This document shows, in pieces, positions 38,350 through 48,848 of a stretch of DNA of 64,000 nucleotides (its first letter is position 1; every line of letters starts with the position of its first letter). The position numbers were made by a program, and so were the translations under genes. The DNA comes from Candidatus Nanohalarchaeota archaeon (GTDB lineage: Archaea; Nanohalarchaeota; Nanosalinia; Nanosalinales; Nanosalinaceae), in contig JALDAJ010000001.1 in the NCBI GenBank assembly GCA_022729235.1, positions 320,001 through 384,000 of the forward strand, written 5' to 3'. Under the pieces are notes generated by a model. It had not been told where the DNA came from, ran no database searches, and saw nothing but the letters and a program-made list of their open reading frames with translations.

Positions 38350-39975
38350 CTATCCGCTATCTTCCAGGTATTCGAGCATCTTGGAGTATGCCGGTCTGGT
38401 GATGGAGATTCCGATGATGATTCCGATAATGGTCGTGGTTGCGAACCCACGGATGTCGATCAGCGCATCGCCTGTTCCAGCAAGAGGGAATGACAGTACT
38501 GCAACCATCGCTGCCAGTGCTCCTATCGCGACGTAGTGCTTGTTGGTGCCGCGAGTGAAGAAGGTGTAACCTATCAGTCCAAGTCCTGCTGCTCCTACTG
38601 CGAGGTTGGCGAAGCTCGGTGAAAGGATAGGTGTCATCGCACCGATTGTCGAAGCGGCTGATGTGAAGATGACGAAGAACGCCTGTTTCATCCGCTCCGT
38701 CCAGGAGCGCACCATCTCACGCCCTGATTCGTCCGTGATGATTATCTGGTCGTCCACTCCTGTACCGACTGCTGCGATTATGCCTGCGACCGCGGAAAGC
38801 GTGAGTTCGCCGACCGTTGAGAACCATATACCGAGCATTATCAGTACCTCGGAAGATCCTGTTATGAACAGTGGTAGCACGATCTTCGGTCGTTTATAGC
38901 GGAGGAAGACTATCATCGCGACTGCTACAAGCGCGAGACCCACTGCAACTATTGAGACTCTCATAAAGTCCGCTCCCAGAGAGGAACCTAGAACCGTCTC
39001 GCTTTCAAGTGAAACAGTTACAGGCAGAGAACCAGACTTCAGGACTGTCTGTATCCTCTCCGCTTCCTGTCGGGCATCCTCTGCCTCGTCCCTTGTTATC
39101 TGTATAGACCGATCCGTACCAGCGCTACCCGGAAGCCCCAGAATATTCAGTTCCGCCCTCATGTCACCGTCAAGGAAGAACCTGAGACCAACGTTTGACC
39201 CGTCTTCGTGAGTCATAGGTGCATCCGGATCCAGCGAGTGGAAGTTGCTGGTTATCATACCGTACCGGTCTCCGGCTTCGTTACTAAGTGTTATCGGGAA
39301 TATTACAGTGGTGCCTTCAGTCCTCTGTCTCTCATCCTGTACATCTACTATCTCGTCCCCGGTGTAGGCCACAACTTCAAGGTTCGCGGTTCCGTCAGTT
39401 TCATTCACGTAGACGAATTCGACCTCGTCAAGCTCGAACCTGTCACCAGGCTGGTAGGTTCCGAGAAGTTCATCGGTTTCGCTGTAAACCTCTACATCAC
39501 TGTTGACACGGTCGAACCTGTACTCATCCTCCAGTTCAAAGTTCTTCGAGTCATGAACTGGCAGCGTCACGCGCGCCTCAAAGGTTCCTTCCTGTGTTAT
39601 AAGCTCCTGTAATGTTTCATCTGTATCCCCAACCTGTGCCGTCACTCTGACCTTCCAGCCGTCGATGTTAACAACGTTGACCGTTGGGTCCATCACCATC
39701 GGTATCTCGTTCGCTCTCAGGTTGAGTACTTCTGCGACGTCCTGCGCCTGCTCTCTCAGTTCCTCTCCTTCCTTGTCGGAGTCGAGCGACAGGAGTATCC
39801 TTGTTCCCCCAGTGAACTCTGTTCCGAGGTTGTCCTCGAGCCCCTTGAAAGCTATGCTGTAATCACCGTCCTCCTGCACCCATGTCGGCTGCATCCCGAT
39901 TATCGATATGCCTATGAAGAACAGCAGTAGTAGTATCCTCCATTCTTTCAGTAGTCCTTTCACATCTAGCTCCAT
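38350..39975 (-). CDS. secD: Protein translocase subunit SecD
   Basis: LGTEFTGGT, LKSGSLP, SSLG, AGIIAAVGTGVDDQIII motifs. Confidence 0.92.
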   Translation of the reverse strand: MELDVKGLLKEWRILLLLFFIGISIIGMQPTWVQEDGDYSIAFKGLEDNLGTEFTGGTRILLSLDSDKEGEELREQAQDVAEVLNLRANEIPMVMDPTVNVVNIDGWKVRVTAQVGDTDETLQELITQEGTFEARVTLPVHDSKNFELEDEYRFDRVNSDVEVYSETDELLGTYQPGDRFELDEVEFVYVNETDGTANLEVVAYTGDEIVDVQDERQRTEGTTVIFPITLSNEAGDRYGMITSNFHSLDPDAPMTHEDGSNVGLRFFLDGDMRAELNILGLPGSAGTDRSIQITRDEAEDARQEAERIQTVLKSGSLPVTVSLESETVLGSSLGADFMRVSIVAVGLALVAVAMIVFLRYKRPKIVLPLFITGSSEVLIMLGIWFSTVGELTLSAVAGIIAAVGTGVDDQIIITDESGREMVRSWTERMKQAFFVIFTSAASTIGAMTPILSPSFANLAVGAAGLGLIGYTFFTRGTNKHYVAIGALAAMVAVLSFPLAGTGDALIDIRGFATTTIIGIIIGISITRPAYSKMLEYLEDSG

Positions 39976-41000
39976 ACTTTCACCTGTGAAACGTCTATCG
40001 CAGGGATTTGCCAGTCGTCTTCAACGTATCTCTTGAGTATGTAGGCGTTACCGAACCATGTAAGAGGTATGTCCGCGAGTAGCCCTACCACCATGACCGC
40101 GGCGATCTGGGAGAACGTTGATGAGGCTCCTATCAGCATGTGTGAGGCGATGTAAAGTATGGAGAAGCCTGCTATACCTCCTACGCTCATAGTTATACCT
40201 GTCTTAACCGAGCTCCAGATACGCTCCTGTAGCGATCCACGGCGCTTCTTTAACACTCTAGTGGACAGCACGATGTCTGTGTCCACCGAGTAACCGATAA
40301 GCATCAGAAGTGCTGCGACCGATGCCAGTGTCAGAGGTATTCCGAGCACGTACATCGCGGCAAGCGAGATCATGATGTCGCCCGCCGCCGCGAATATGAC
40401 CGCTACGGAAGGTGTTATATCTTTGAACGCGACGAAAATCACTATACTCATTATGGTGAACGCGAGAACCACTGCCAGAATCGCCTGCTGGAAGAACGCG
40501 GCGGATACCGCGGCTGAAACAGTGTCGATACTTATCTCGTCTGCATCAAGTTCTATACCTAGCTCCCTGAACACCTCCATGATTTCTCCCCGGTCCTCCT
40601 GGTCGTCGATGTCATCCTTTATTGTAACCATAAGGAGTCGGTCGCCATCAGCAGTCTCACCGGTCCGGGCGTCCGCGTCATAGCCTCTGTCTGCAAACGC
40701 TCTCTCGACATCCAGGATTCCTATCTCTCCCTGTATAGGGACTCTTATCTCTGCGCCTCCCGCGAACTCGACACCTTTATCCATCATGTCGCTCGACGCG
40801 ACTGTTACAGAGCGGTTCTCATCTATCTGTATGTACGGCGAATCAGCCGTAGAGAAGTAGCCATACCCGAGAACCAGGACTGCAGCCAGCCAGAGGACTA
40901 CAGGAATGACTGCGTACCTGTCGTAGTTCTCGTAAACGTGGTTAAAGTATGTGTCAAAATCCACAGTCAGAGTTTCCCCATGGAATCCTTTTAAACTCAC
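39966..41000 (-). CDS. secF: Protein translocase subunit SecF
   Basis: GVEFAGG and LMLIGYSVDTDIVL motifs. The exact start is uncertain. Confidence 0.92.
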   Translation of the reverse strand: MSLKGFHGETLTVDFDTYFNHVYENYDRYAVIPVVLWLAAVLVLGYGYFSTADSPYIQIDENRSVTVASSDMMDKGVEFAGGAEIRVPIQGEIGILDVERAFADRGYDADARTGETADGDRLLMVTIKDDIDDQEDRGEIMEVFRELGIELDADEISIDTVSAAVSAAFFQQAILAVVLAFTIMSIVIFVAFKDITPSVAVIFAAAGDIMISLAAMYVLGIPLTLASVAALLMLIGYSVDTDIVLSTRVLKKRRGSLQERIWSSVKTGITMSVGGIAGFSILYIASHMLIGASSTFSQIAAVMVVGLLADIPLTWFGNAYILKRYVEDDWQIPAIDVSQVKVWS

Positions 41001-41051
41001 TGGGGCAGTATAAGGGAGGGCATAAAAATATCCTGTTTAAAGAAGAAGATT

Positions 41052-43529
41052 ATGCGCGAGCGATTACAGGATATACTGCGTCAGGTAGACGATTTCTTCA
41101 CTGTTGAAGGGTTGAAGCGCAACTGGGATATTATCTCGATTTTCGTCATATTTGTACTCGCAGTATGGCTGCGCTACCTGCCCGCGGACGGGATGCAGTA
41201 CCTGCAGGCGCTCGATCCTTACCTAGGTTTCAGGCTGTCCCAGCACCTCGCATACGAGGGTAGTCTGCCTGCACTGGACTTTATGCGTTACTTCCCCTAT
41301 GCCTTCCCGGTATATACCGAACATATAGGCGCCATCCTCTTCCCGGCAGTGTTCTACTGGATGGGTCCTTTCCTGTTCTTTGAGAACTACCTCGCCTGGG
41401 CTCAGTTCTATCCTGCATTGATGGGTGGTCTCAGCGTTGTTTTCGCGTACCTCTTCAGCAAAGAAGTATGGAATAAAACCGCAGGAGTCTCGGGAGCATT
41501 CTTCCTCGCAACAATCGCAGGCGTGATGCAGAGGACGTCAGCAGGCTGGTTTATCAAGGAGTCCGCAGGTGTGATGTTCATGATGATGTCACTCTACTTC
41601 TTTGTCAGAGCCTGGAAAAGAAATGAATGGCTCCCCGGAATTATCTCCGGGCTCGCCCTCGCCGGTTTCACTATAACGTGGGGTGGTTCAAAGATGCTGT
41701 GGCTCCTGTACCCGTTAACAGTCGGTACAGTTATGCTGCTGGACGAAGATACTGAGCGACTGATGAAGGCGTACACACCTACTATAATAATCGGCGGAGG
41801 GATCGCTGCTACACTCCAACCTTCCCGGTTCTGGTTCACCGGACACCTTTTCATGGCGAATATCGCATTGGTAGGGTTCCTCTGGAGCCGTAAGCTAGTA
41901 GAAGAACTACAGATACTCGAAGATAACCAGTTAAAATACTACACACCAGGCACGTTAATATTCGGGCTTCTGGCAGTGGCGCTTTCTCCCCTGTACTCCA
42001 ACTTTATCGCAAGACAGGTTTCCAGGCTGATGACTGACGTACTGGCAGCCGGGGGAGGAGCAACCATCGCAGGAACTGTCGCGGAGAACCAGGCACCCTC
42101 CCTGGGACAGCTGGTCTCCCAGTTCGGCGCGCTCCCGGCAGCCCAGATCAATCCACTACTCGGTAATCTATCACACGTAACCGGTCCGTGGCCGCTTGCG
42201 TTCCTGGCTGTTGCTTTCATGGGAACGACCATCGCGTTCATGATTCTCCGGAAATACGGGATGGTTGAGAACGTAATAGACGACTCCGCTTACTACTCCG
42301 GATTCGGCGTGGTCCTGCTCGCATGGATAATCGGTTTCGCTATTTTCTTCCAGGAGAACGTGTTGTTCGCCATCATCCCTGCAATACTGATGGCTCTGGT
42401 CGGGATAATCTTTGTACACTCATTTGATGGTTACGGGAAACACGAAATCGAATTCAAATGGTACTACCTCCTGCCGTTCTTCTGGGTACTGACAAACGTC
42501 CTTGGCGCGGTCAACATGTCAAGGCTGATACCGCTAGCCTCATTCCCTGTCGCTGTAACCGCAGGCTACACGCTTTCACTGGCGATAAACAAGCTACCCA
42601 GATTCGAGCTCGAAGAACTATTTGTCGATGTGAATCACCGGCAGGTCTTATCAGTCGCGCTCCTGGTAATTCTAGTGCCAGTAGTAGCTGTGAACTTCGC
42701 CTCAGGCTACGCGACTGTGCAGAGTATCGGCGGATCACCCAACGCGCTCTGGATGGAAAGCCTTGAGTGGATGGATGAAGAGACTGAACCAGGGGAGACC
42801 ATCCTTTCATGGTGGGACTACGGGTACCACTTCCAGGCTATCGGGAGAAGCCCATCGATAGCAGACGGTGGTAACGCAGGTCACTATACCTCCGATCCGC
42901 GGACGAACAAGGTGAACTATCCTATAGCAGACTTCCTTACCTCAAACAATCCGGAAAATCATACCGAGTTATTCGAGAGACACTCCGCGGACTACCTGGT
43001 GCTCGACAACACGATGATAGGAAAATACTCGGCGGTATCACAGATTTCGAACCTGGACAACGAAGAATTCGAGTCGATGATACAGATAGGAAACCAGCCC
43101 TTGAGAAACGTACTTAGTGAAGGAGATGATAGGACAGTCGCAACCATCAGAGGAAGAGGGGTCAGCATATACGTACCCCTGTCAGTAGACGAGGAGGATA
43201 TAGAAATCTCGGACGCACCTACTTTCGATGTGCGTGGTCAGAGAAGTCCTATCGACTGCATCCTAACAGATGAGGGGCGGAAGGACTTCAACGTATCAGG
43301 TCAGACATCAGAGTACTGCCTGGCAGAAGACCCTTATTTCAGTTTTGAGAGATCGCTGACCACGAATGTACCTGCCCGTGTGGTACTGGTTCCGAAAGAT
43401 ATAGCCGATGTCAGCCTTGTAAGGCTCTACCTCATGGACGGGTACGATATGGATTTCGTGGAGAAAATACCCGAGGCATCCAATGACTACCTCAAGGTCT
43501 GGGACATAAACAAGGAAGAACTAGGATGA
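41052..43529 (+). CDS. aglB: Oligosaccharyltransferase (STT3 family)
   Basis: LDPY, TVAE, SWWDYG, DGGN and DNTMIGK motifs, with many TMs. Confidence 0.95.
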   Translation: MRERLQDILRQVDDFFTVEGLKRNWDIISIFVIFVLAVWLRYLPADGMQYLQALDPYLGFRLSQHLAYEGSLPALDFMRYFPYAFPVYTEHIGAILFPAVFYWMGPFLFFENYLAWAQFYPALMGGLSVVFAYLFSKEVWNKTAGVSGAFFLATIAGVMQRTSAGWFIKESAGVMFMMMSLYFFVRAWKRNEWLPGIISGLALAGFTITWGGSKMLWLLYPLTVGTVMLLDEDTERLMKAYTPTIIIGGGIAATLQPSRFWFTGHLFMANIALVGFLWSRKLVEELQILEDNQLKYYTPGTLIFGLLAVALSPLYSNFIARQVSRLMTDVLAAGGGATIAGTVAENQAPSLGQLVSQFGALPAAQINPLLGNLSHVTGPWPLAFLAVAFMGTTIAFMILRKYGMVENVIDDSAYYSGFGVVLLAWIIGFAIFFQENVLFAIIPAILMALVGIIFVHSFDGYGKHEIEFKWYYLLPFFWVLTNVLGAVNMSRLIPLASFPVAVTAGYTLSLAINKLPRFELEELFVDVNHRQVLSVALLVILVPVVAVNFASGYATVQSIGGSPNALWMESLEWMDEETEPGETILSWWDYGYHFQAIGRSPSIADGGNAGHYTSDPRTNKVNYPIADFLTSNNPENHTELFERHSADYLVLDNTMIGKYSAVSQISNLDNEEFESMIQIGNQPLRNVLSEGDDRTVATIRGRGVSIYVPLSVDEEDIEISDAPTFDVRGQRSPIDCILTDEGRKDFNVSGQTSEYCLAEDPYFSFERSLTTNVPARVVLVPKDIADVSLVRLYLMDGYDMDFVEKIPEASNDYLKVWDINKEELG

Positions 43530-44650
43530 TACTGCTCGCGCTGTCACTGGCACTGGGGTTCCTCACAGTATTTATGGGAACACCTTACACCAGACGGTAC
43601 CTCATACACTCAGGGATAATCGCGGTCGACCAGCAAAAAGAGGGTAAACCAAGACTGGCGACCTCAGGAGGTATACCCGTATTGTTTGGTTTCCTGATTT
43701 CGGTAACCAGCTACCTCGCGCTCTCCGTTTTCTTTGACTCTTCAGAACTTAACCGTCTCGAGGCTCTCGCCGCCCTGAACTCGGTATTCATCATCGCGCT
43801 GATAGGGCTTCTCGATGATATACACATCGATATCAAGTCGGTGATAGAAGACGGGCTGGATCTTGAACCCGGCGAACTTGAGATAGATTCCTACCCAGAG
43901 GTAGACTCGCTCCCACACCAGGAGCTCGTAGAAAAGGTATCAATCGGAAAGAAAGAATCAGATGACTTAATAAGAAAAGGTATAGGACAGGTCCCAAAGA
44001 TGCTGTTCGTTCTTCCCGCCGCACTACCCCTGATTGCGGTAGGGGCTGGCTCATGGGTCATGGTATTGCCTGTTGTAGGGACAGTCAACTGGGGTGTCGT
44101 GTATCCTCTTGTCCTGTTACCGATAGGTCTGCTCTTTGTCTCGAACGTTGCGAATATGCTTGCAGGGACCAACGGACTCGCGGCATCTCTCAGCCTCGTG
44201 ACATCTACCTCCCTCGGAATAGTCGGAATTCTAGCAGGAAGCATGGAAGCTGCGCTTATAGCGTTCAGCCTCTCCACCGGTCTACTTGCTTTCCTATACT
44301 ACAACTTCTATCCCGCATCGGTACTGCCCGGTGATTCGCTGACCTACCTGGCAGGTGCGGCGATGTTCTCTGCCATGGTGATAGGTGACATGGAGAAATT
44401 CGGTTTGTTTGTTTTCACACCCTGGATCATCGAGTTCTTCCTAAAGGCGCGGAGCGGTTTCCAGGCGCATTCATGGGGTGTTTTACAGGATGATGGAACG
44501 CTAAAACCGCAACACAAAAAGAACTACTCGCTTACCCATCCGTTGATGAGGAGAGGTTTCAACGAGAAACAGGTAACCCTCGTGCTCACGGGGATACAAA
44601 CATTAATCTGTCTGACAGGTCTTGTATTATACACGCAAGGGATACTATGA
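43526..44650 (+). CDS. MraY/GPT-family polyprenyl-phosphate HexNAc-1-P transferase (AglH/Alg7-like)
   Basis: TSGG, GLLDD, NMLAGTNGL, YNFYPASVLPGDSLTY and IEFFLKAR motifs. Confidence 0.88.
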   Translation: MILLALSLALGFLTVFMGTPYTRRYLIHSGIIAVDQQKEGKPRLATSGGIPVLFGFLISVTSYLALSVFFDSSELNRLEALAALNSVFIIALIGLLDDIHIDIKSVIEDGLDLEPGELEIDSYPEVDSLPHQELVEKVSIGKKESDDLIRKGIGQVPKMLFVLPAALPLIAVGAGSWVMVLPVVGTVNWGVVYPLVLLPIGLLFVSNVANMLAGTNGLAASLSLVTSTSLGIVGILAGSMEAALIAFSLSTGLLAFLYYNFYPASVLPGDSLTYLAGAAMFSAMVIGDMEKFGLFVFTPWIIEFFLKARSGFQAHSWGVLQDDGTLKPQHKKNYSLTHPLMRRGFNEKQVTLVLTGIQTLICLTGLVLYTQGIL

Positions 44651-46422
44651 AGGATACAGCAAAAGAAATAATAGAAGAGACGAAGGAATCGTTCAGGAAC
44701 CCGTACTACCTGGTGCTCCTTATTATACTCGGGGTAGCGACATTCCTCAGGTTCAGGTATGCCTTTTTCGAGGGTATGTGGGTCGATGAGGGAAGACACG
44801 CCTACATAGGAGTCGAGATAGCACAGCACCTGTCCGAGTACGCTACGGAGCATCATGGACAGGTAACAGAGTTTCTCCCCCTGTACATGTACATGATAGC
44901 GTTCTCCACATACCTTTTCAGTACGGAATTTGCTGTCAGAGTTGTAAGTCCTGTGATGGGTGTCGCAGGGGTGGCGCTGACATACTTCCTCGGTAGGGAG
45001 ATGAAGAATAAAGAAGTAGGCTTAATCGCCGCCGCGCTTGTAGCTGTGAACCCGATTTACTGGTTCCTTAGCACCCGTATACTGACCGGGGCGACATTTG
45101 CCACACTTTATACTGCGACGGTGCTCGCGCTTTACTACGGTCTTGAAGACAGGGAGTTCTCCAAGTACGCTTTATGGGCTCTAGGACCACTGGTGGCGCT
45201 AACCCTGATGACCAGACAGGCTGCCTATACTCTGGGGCTCGTGATACCGCTGTACTTGCTCTATGTGAAGAGAGATGAGCTGAGAGAACTGATTCTGGAG
45301 GAAGTGAGTGTCAAAGAAACCCGGCTCTACCAGAACACATTAACAGATACTAATTACTACATAGCCGCTGCCCTGGGACTAGTAACTATAGCCCCGTGGG
45401 CGGTGAGAAACATGTTCACCTGCGGCGCCCCTCTATGCGGGGTTGAGCGAGCACTAGGGTTCGCCGGTGCGACCTCTATTCCTGCGTGGGCAAGTACAGG
45501 AGGAGCTTTCTACTACGTCTTCAACCTTCCCTCCATCGTGACGTTAGGTGTTTCCCTACTAGTAGTGTTCCGGGTAATCCAGTACTTCACCGAATGGACG
45601 GACAGAGATGCCGACACACTGGTGAAGTATGTATCCCTGACGATAGGAGCTGTACTGGCAGCCTACCTGGTACTGCCAGGTCTTGTCCCACTGGTTCTTC
45701 TCACCTCGATAGCCCTTTACGCTACAAACAACGCGGAGAAACTCCTCTGGCTAGTTATCGGGATAGGTATAGGTTTCCACTCTATCCCTGAGATAAAGGT
45801 GCCGCGCTACGCCGTGTTCGTAATACCACAGCTCCTTATAGTGGCCTCCCTAGCCATGTACTCCATCAGTGACTGGATATCACGACAACTAGAAAGTACG
45901 GTATTAACTCCCTGGCGAATCGCTGCAGTGCTTGTACTTCCGCTGGTTTTCATCTCATACAGCCAGGGAATGCACAACATCGCGCAGGGAGGCTTCGACA
46001 ACCTTGAACCGGCCGGTAACTGGTTGGTCGAGAACACTGACGAGGATGCGGAGATAATCGCGACCTCGCCCACACAGACAAGATATTACGCGTATCCAAG
46101 ATTTACTCACAGGATGCCTAATAGCGAAGAAGAGCTAAGATCTCTTATCAAGGATAACAATGTGAGCTACGTCCAGGTCGACGCCTATGAACGGGCGCAG
46201 GCGGACTGGACACAGACCGGGCTCCCGCCCTACAGGCTGAAAGTCTCGACCAGGCAGGAGCTCCAGGCAGGTAGTATATCACCGCAGGAAGTCGTCGAAG
46301 GTTACGGCGAACCACCGGAATACCTTGAACCAGTTGAGAGCTTTGGACAGACCCAGATACCTCTCACAGAGCAACCCCAGCCCATGGTTATAATCTACAG
46401 GGTTAACCAGTCAGTACCATGA
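44647..46422 (+). CDS. GT-C fold glycosyltransferase (ArnT/PMT, GT39/83-like)
   Basis: WVDEGRH, PLYMY, VRVVSPVMG...YFLGRE and PRY motifs, polytopic. Confidence 0.85.
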   Translation: MKDTAKEIIEETKESFRNPYYLVLLIILGVATFLRFRYAFFEGMWVDEGRHAYIGVEIAQHLSEYATEHHGQVTEFLPLYMYMIAFSTYLFSTEFAVRVVSPVMGVAGVALTYFLGREMKNKEVGLIAAALVAVNPIYWFLSTRILTGATFATLYTATVLALYYGLEDREFSKYALWALGPLVALTLMTRQAAYTLGLVIPLYLLYVKRDELRELILEEVSVKETRLYQNTLTDTNYYIAAALGLVTIAPWAVRNMFTCGAPLCGVERALGFAGATSIPAWASTGGAFYYVFNLPSIVTLGVSLLVVFRVIQYFTEWTDRDADTLVKYVSLTIGAVLAAYLVLPGLVPLVLLTSIALYATNNAEKLLWLVIGIGIGFHSIPEIKVPRYAVFVIPQLLIVASLAMYSISDWISRQLESTVLTPWRIAAVLVLPLVFISYSQGMHNIAQGGFDNLEPAGNWLVENTDEDAEIIATSPTQTRYYAYPRFTHRMPNSEEELRSLIKDNNVSYVQVDAYERAQADWTQTGLPPYRLKVSTRQELQAGSISPQEVVEGYGEPPEYLEPVESFGQTQIPLTEQPQPMVIIYRVNQSVP

Positions 46423-47309
46423 TAGCGATAATAATACCTGCGCTTAACGAGGAAGAAGCCATAGAATCAGTTATAGAAGGATTCCCGGCGAGCTACAGAA
46501 ATCACAGTATGGAGACGTACGTGATAGACGGTGGTTCAACAGATGGAACCCAGGAACTCGCGGAGAGTGCCGGTGCAAAAGTTATCAAGCAGAGACGTGG
46601 AGGCGGAAAAGGGAACGGGGTCAGCCAGGCTCTGGAAGAGATAGACGCAGATATATACGTAATGATAGACGGGGACTCCACCTATGACCCAAAAGAGATA
46701 GACAGACTCGTCGACCCTATAATAGAGGGAGAAGCGGAACACGTCATAGGCAGGCGTTCTGACCGGGAGAAAGGTGCTATACCACGTATCAACCTTGTCG
46801 GGAACTACGTCTTCAACCTGATAACCCGCCTGATGACAGGCAAGGACATCCGTGACATGCTATCAGGTTACCGGGCGTTTACCAGGGAATCCCTGGAACA
46901 CACACATTTCACAAGACCGGGTTTCGGCATAGAAACTGAGATGACGTTTACAGCGCTCGAGAACCATGTGCCGATAAAAGAAGTTGAAATCAGCTACGGC
47001 AACAGGAAGGGTAATAGTAAGCTCCACCCGATGAGAGATGGTTGGCGGATAATCAACACGATAATCTGGAGTATAAGGGACATGAACCCGCTCAAGTTCT
47101 TCTCGACTATATCGCTTTTACTCCTGGTACTTGCGGCATATCCCTCCTACCTGACCATCCAGCAGAAACTGTCCGAGGGCATCATACAGCACCCAGGAAC
47201 CGCGATAGCTGCGGGTGTCCTGGCTATACTTGCGGTGCAACTCTTCGTCTTCGGTATGCTAGCCGACCAGATCAAAAACGTGGAGAAACGGCTCAGAAAT
47301 CGTCGATAA
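46419..47309 (+). CDS. aglJ: GT2 dolichol-phosphate glycosyltransferase, AglJ-like
   Basis: IPALNEE, DGGSTDGT, GKG, DGDSTY, DMLSGYRAFT, GFGIETE, KLHPMRDG and NPLKFF motifs, plus 2 TM. Confidence 0.82.
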   Translation: MIAIIIPALNEEEAIESVIEGFPASYRNHSMETYVIDGGSTDGTQELAESAGAKVIKQRRGGGKGNGVSQALEEIDADIYVMIDGDSTYDPKEIDRLVDPIIEGEAEHVIGRRSDREKGAIPRINLVGNYVFNLITRLMTGKDIRDMLSGYRAFTRESLEHTHFTRPGFGIETEMTFTALENHVPIKEVEISYGNRKGNSKLHPMRDGWRIINTIIWSIRDMNPLKFFSTISLLLLVLAAYPSYLTIQQKLSEGIIQHPGTAIAAGVLAILAVQLFVFGMLADQIKNVEKRLRNRR

Positions 47310-48795
47310 CCGATTCATCCATCTCAACATTCTCCGATGTTACAGGTAAAGCCCGCCCGTCCATGTCACCGGGCACGCTCTCACCAAGCATAGTCAGCAG
47401 GGTCGGTGCTACATCGGTTATGTGACACTTCTCCAGTTCACTTTCCTCAATATCCGGTCCCGCGGCAGCGATGACGCCCTCCAGCCGGTGATGTCCGGAC
47501 TCGGTGTTGAATGGTTCGGAGAACACGTTGTTGGAGCCGAACTCGAAGTAACGGTGTGCCTGGTAATGCATCCCTGTAGTATGGTAAACCAGGTCGGGGG
47601 CAGTATCAGAATTCCTGCCGTGGAACAGCTTCTCTCCTGGTTCTATGTTCTCGACCACTTTCTCTCCCCCGTCCTCAAGATCCTGCAAGAGCTCAACGAC
47701 CTCCTGTTCTGCGTCACCATCCAGCAGGAAGATAGGTCCGAAGTGCATCGCGGAGTAAGCTTTCGACCGCTGGAAATCCACGTCCTTAAAGGAGAGAAAC
47801 GGTAGCGACAGCAGCCTGCGGACCCAGTCCCTATCAGGGTTATCCGTATTTGCCTTGACAAGCACCTCTTCAAGCCCCAGCCTCCTGACTATGCGGTATA
47901 TGTTCTCCATTGTAAGACCCAGTTTGAACGCGAGGTATCTTACCAGCGGTAACGGTCTCCTCTTGATTTTCAGTAGTCCTTCGTCCATCAGCAGCTTGTT
48001 GGGGTTCATACCTCTGTAGAGACCCGTAAACCCATGATCCGAGACCAGAACAACATTTGTTTCTCCCAGTCCGCCCGCTTCTTCTATCAGTTCCCCGATA
48101 GCGGAGTCGATTTCCTGGTAGACACGTTCGACTTCTCCCCTGTAATCAGACTCCTCGAACTCCGGGTGCTCCTTATCGTGGTATTTCCAGAACCAGTGGG
48201 ATATCCTGTCACCGACAGTAAAAACCGGCATGAAAACCTCAGGGCTGCGCTCCTTCATGAGCCTTAACGCAGTTCTCTTCCGGGTCTCAAGCGTCTCATA
48301 GCACTGTTCAATTAATTTCTCCTCATTTGAACCGTTATACGTCCCCGGTGTCTCTATCCGGTAGTCTTCTTCCTCCAGTATAGTTACCACTTCAGAATCA
48401 CCAGACGCCTTTTCTATAGACGGCGTCATCATACCCGACACCATAAACCCGTTGACCTCGCGCGGCGGGTACGTTGCGGGAATGTTCAGCGTCCCGACAG
48501 TGTAGTCTTCTGAAAATATATCAAATATCGTATCATCCTCGACATCATCGAAGCTTACAATCTCCAGACCCTTCCTTGTGGGACGGGTAAAGTCGAATAT
48601 CCCGTGTTTCCCCGGATTTTTCCCGGTCAACATTGATGTCCAGGCAGAAGGCGTTATAGGTATCGACGTAGACTCGAGTTCGCCGAAGACTCCTTGCTCC
48701 GCTATCCTCTTGATGTTAGGCAGCTTTCCATCATCCATGAGTTCCTGCGTCAGTTCGTGGTCCGCACCGTCAAAACCTATGACAAGAAGCTGCAT
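47293..48795 (-). CDS. AlkP-superfamily phosphodiesterase/nucleotide pyrophosphatase (COG3379-like)
   Basis: GFDGA, PITPSAWTSMLTGKNPGKHGIFDF, DRISH, SDHGF and SGHH motifs. No signal peptide. Confidence 0.88.
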   Translation of the reverse strand: MQLLVIGFDGADHELTQELMDDGKLPNIKRIAEQGVFGELESTSIPITPSAWTSMLTGKNPGKHGIFDFTRPTRKGLEIVSFDDVEDDTIFDIFSEDYTVGTLNIPATYPPREVNGFMVSGMMTPSIEKASGDSEVVTILEEEDYRIETPGTYNGSNEEKLIEQCYETLETRKRTALRLMKERSPEVFMPVFTVGDRISHWFWKYHDKEHPEFEESDYRGEVERVYQEIDSAIGELIEEAGGLGETNVVLVSDHGFTGLYRGMNPNKLLMDEGLLKIKRRPLPLVRYLAFKLGLTMENIYRIVRRLGLEEVLVKANTDNPDRDWVRRLLSLPFLSFKDVDFQRSKAYSAMHFGPIFLLDGDAEQEVVELLQDLEDGGEKVVENIEPGEKLFHGRNSDTAPDLVYHTTGMHYQAHRYFEFGSNNVFSEPFNTESGHHRLEGVIAAAGPDIEESELEKCHITDVAPTLLTMLGESVPGDMDGRALPVTSENVEMDESVIDDF

Positions 48796-48848
48796 ATGCC
48801 TTAATTATCTCCAATGCTTTTGTATCAGTTTGTACCTAACTAGGCGAC

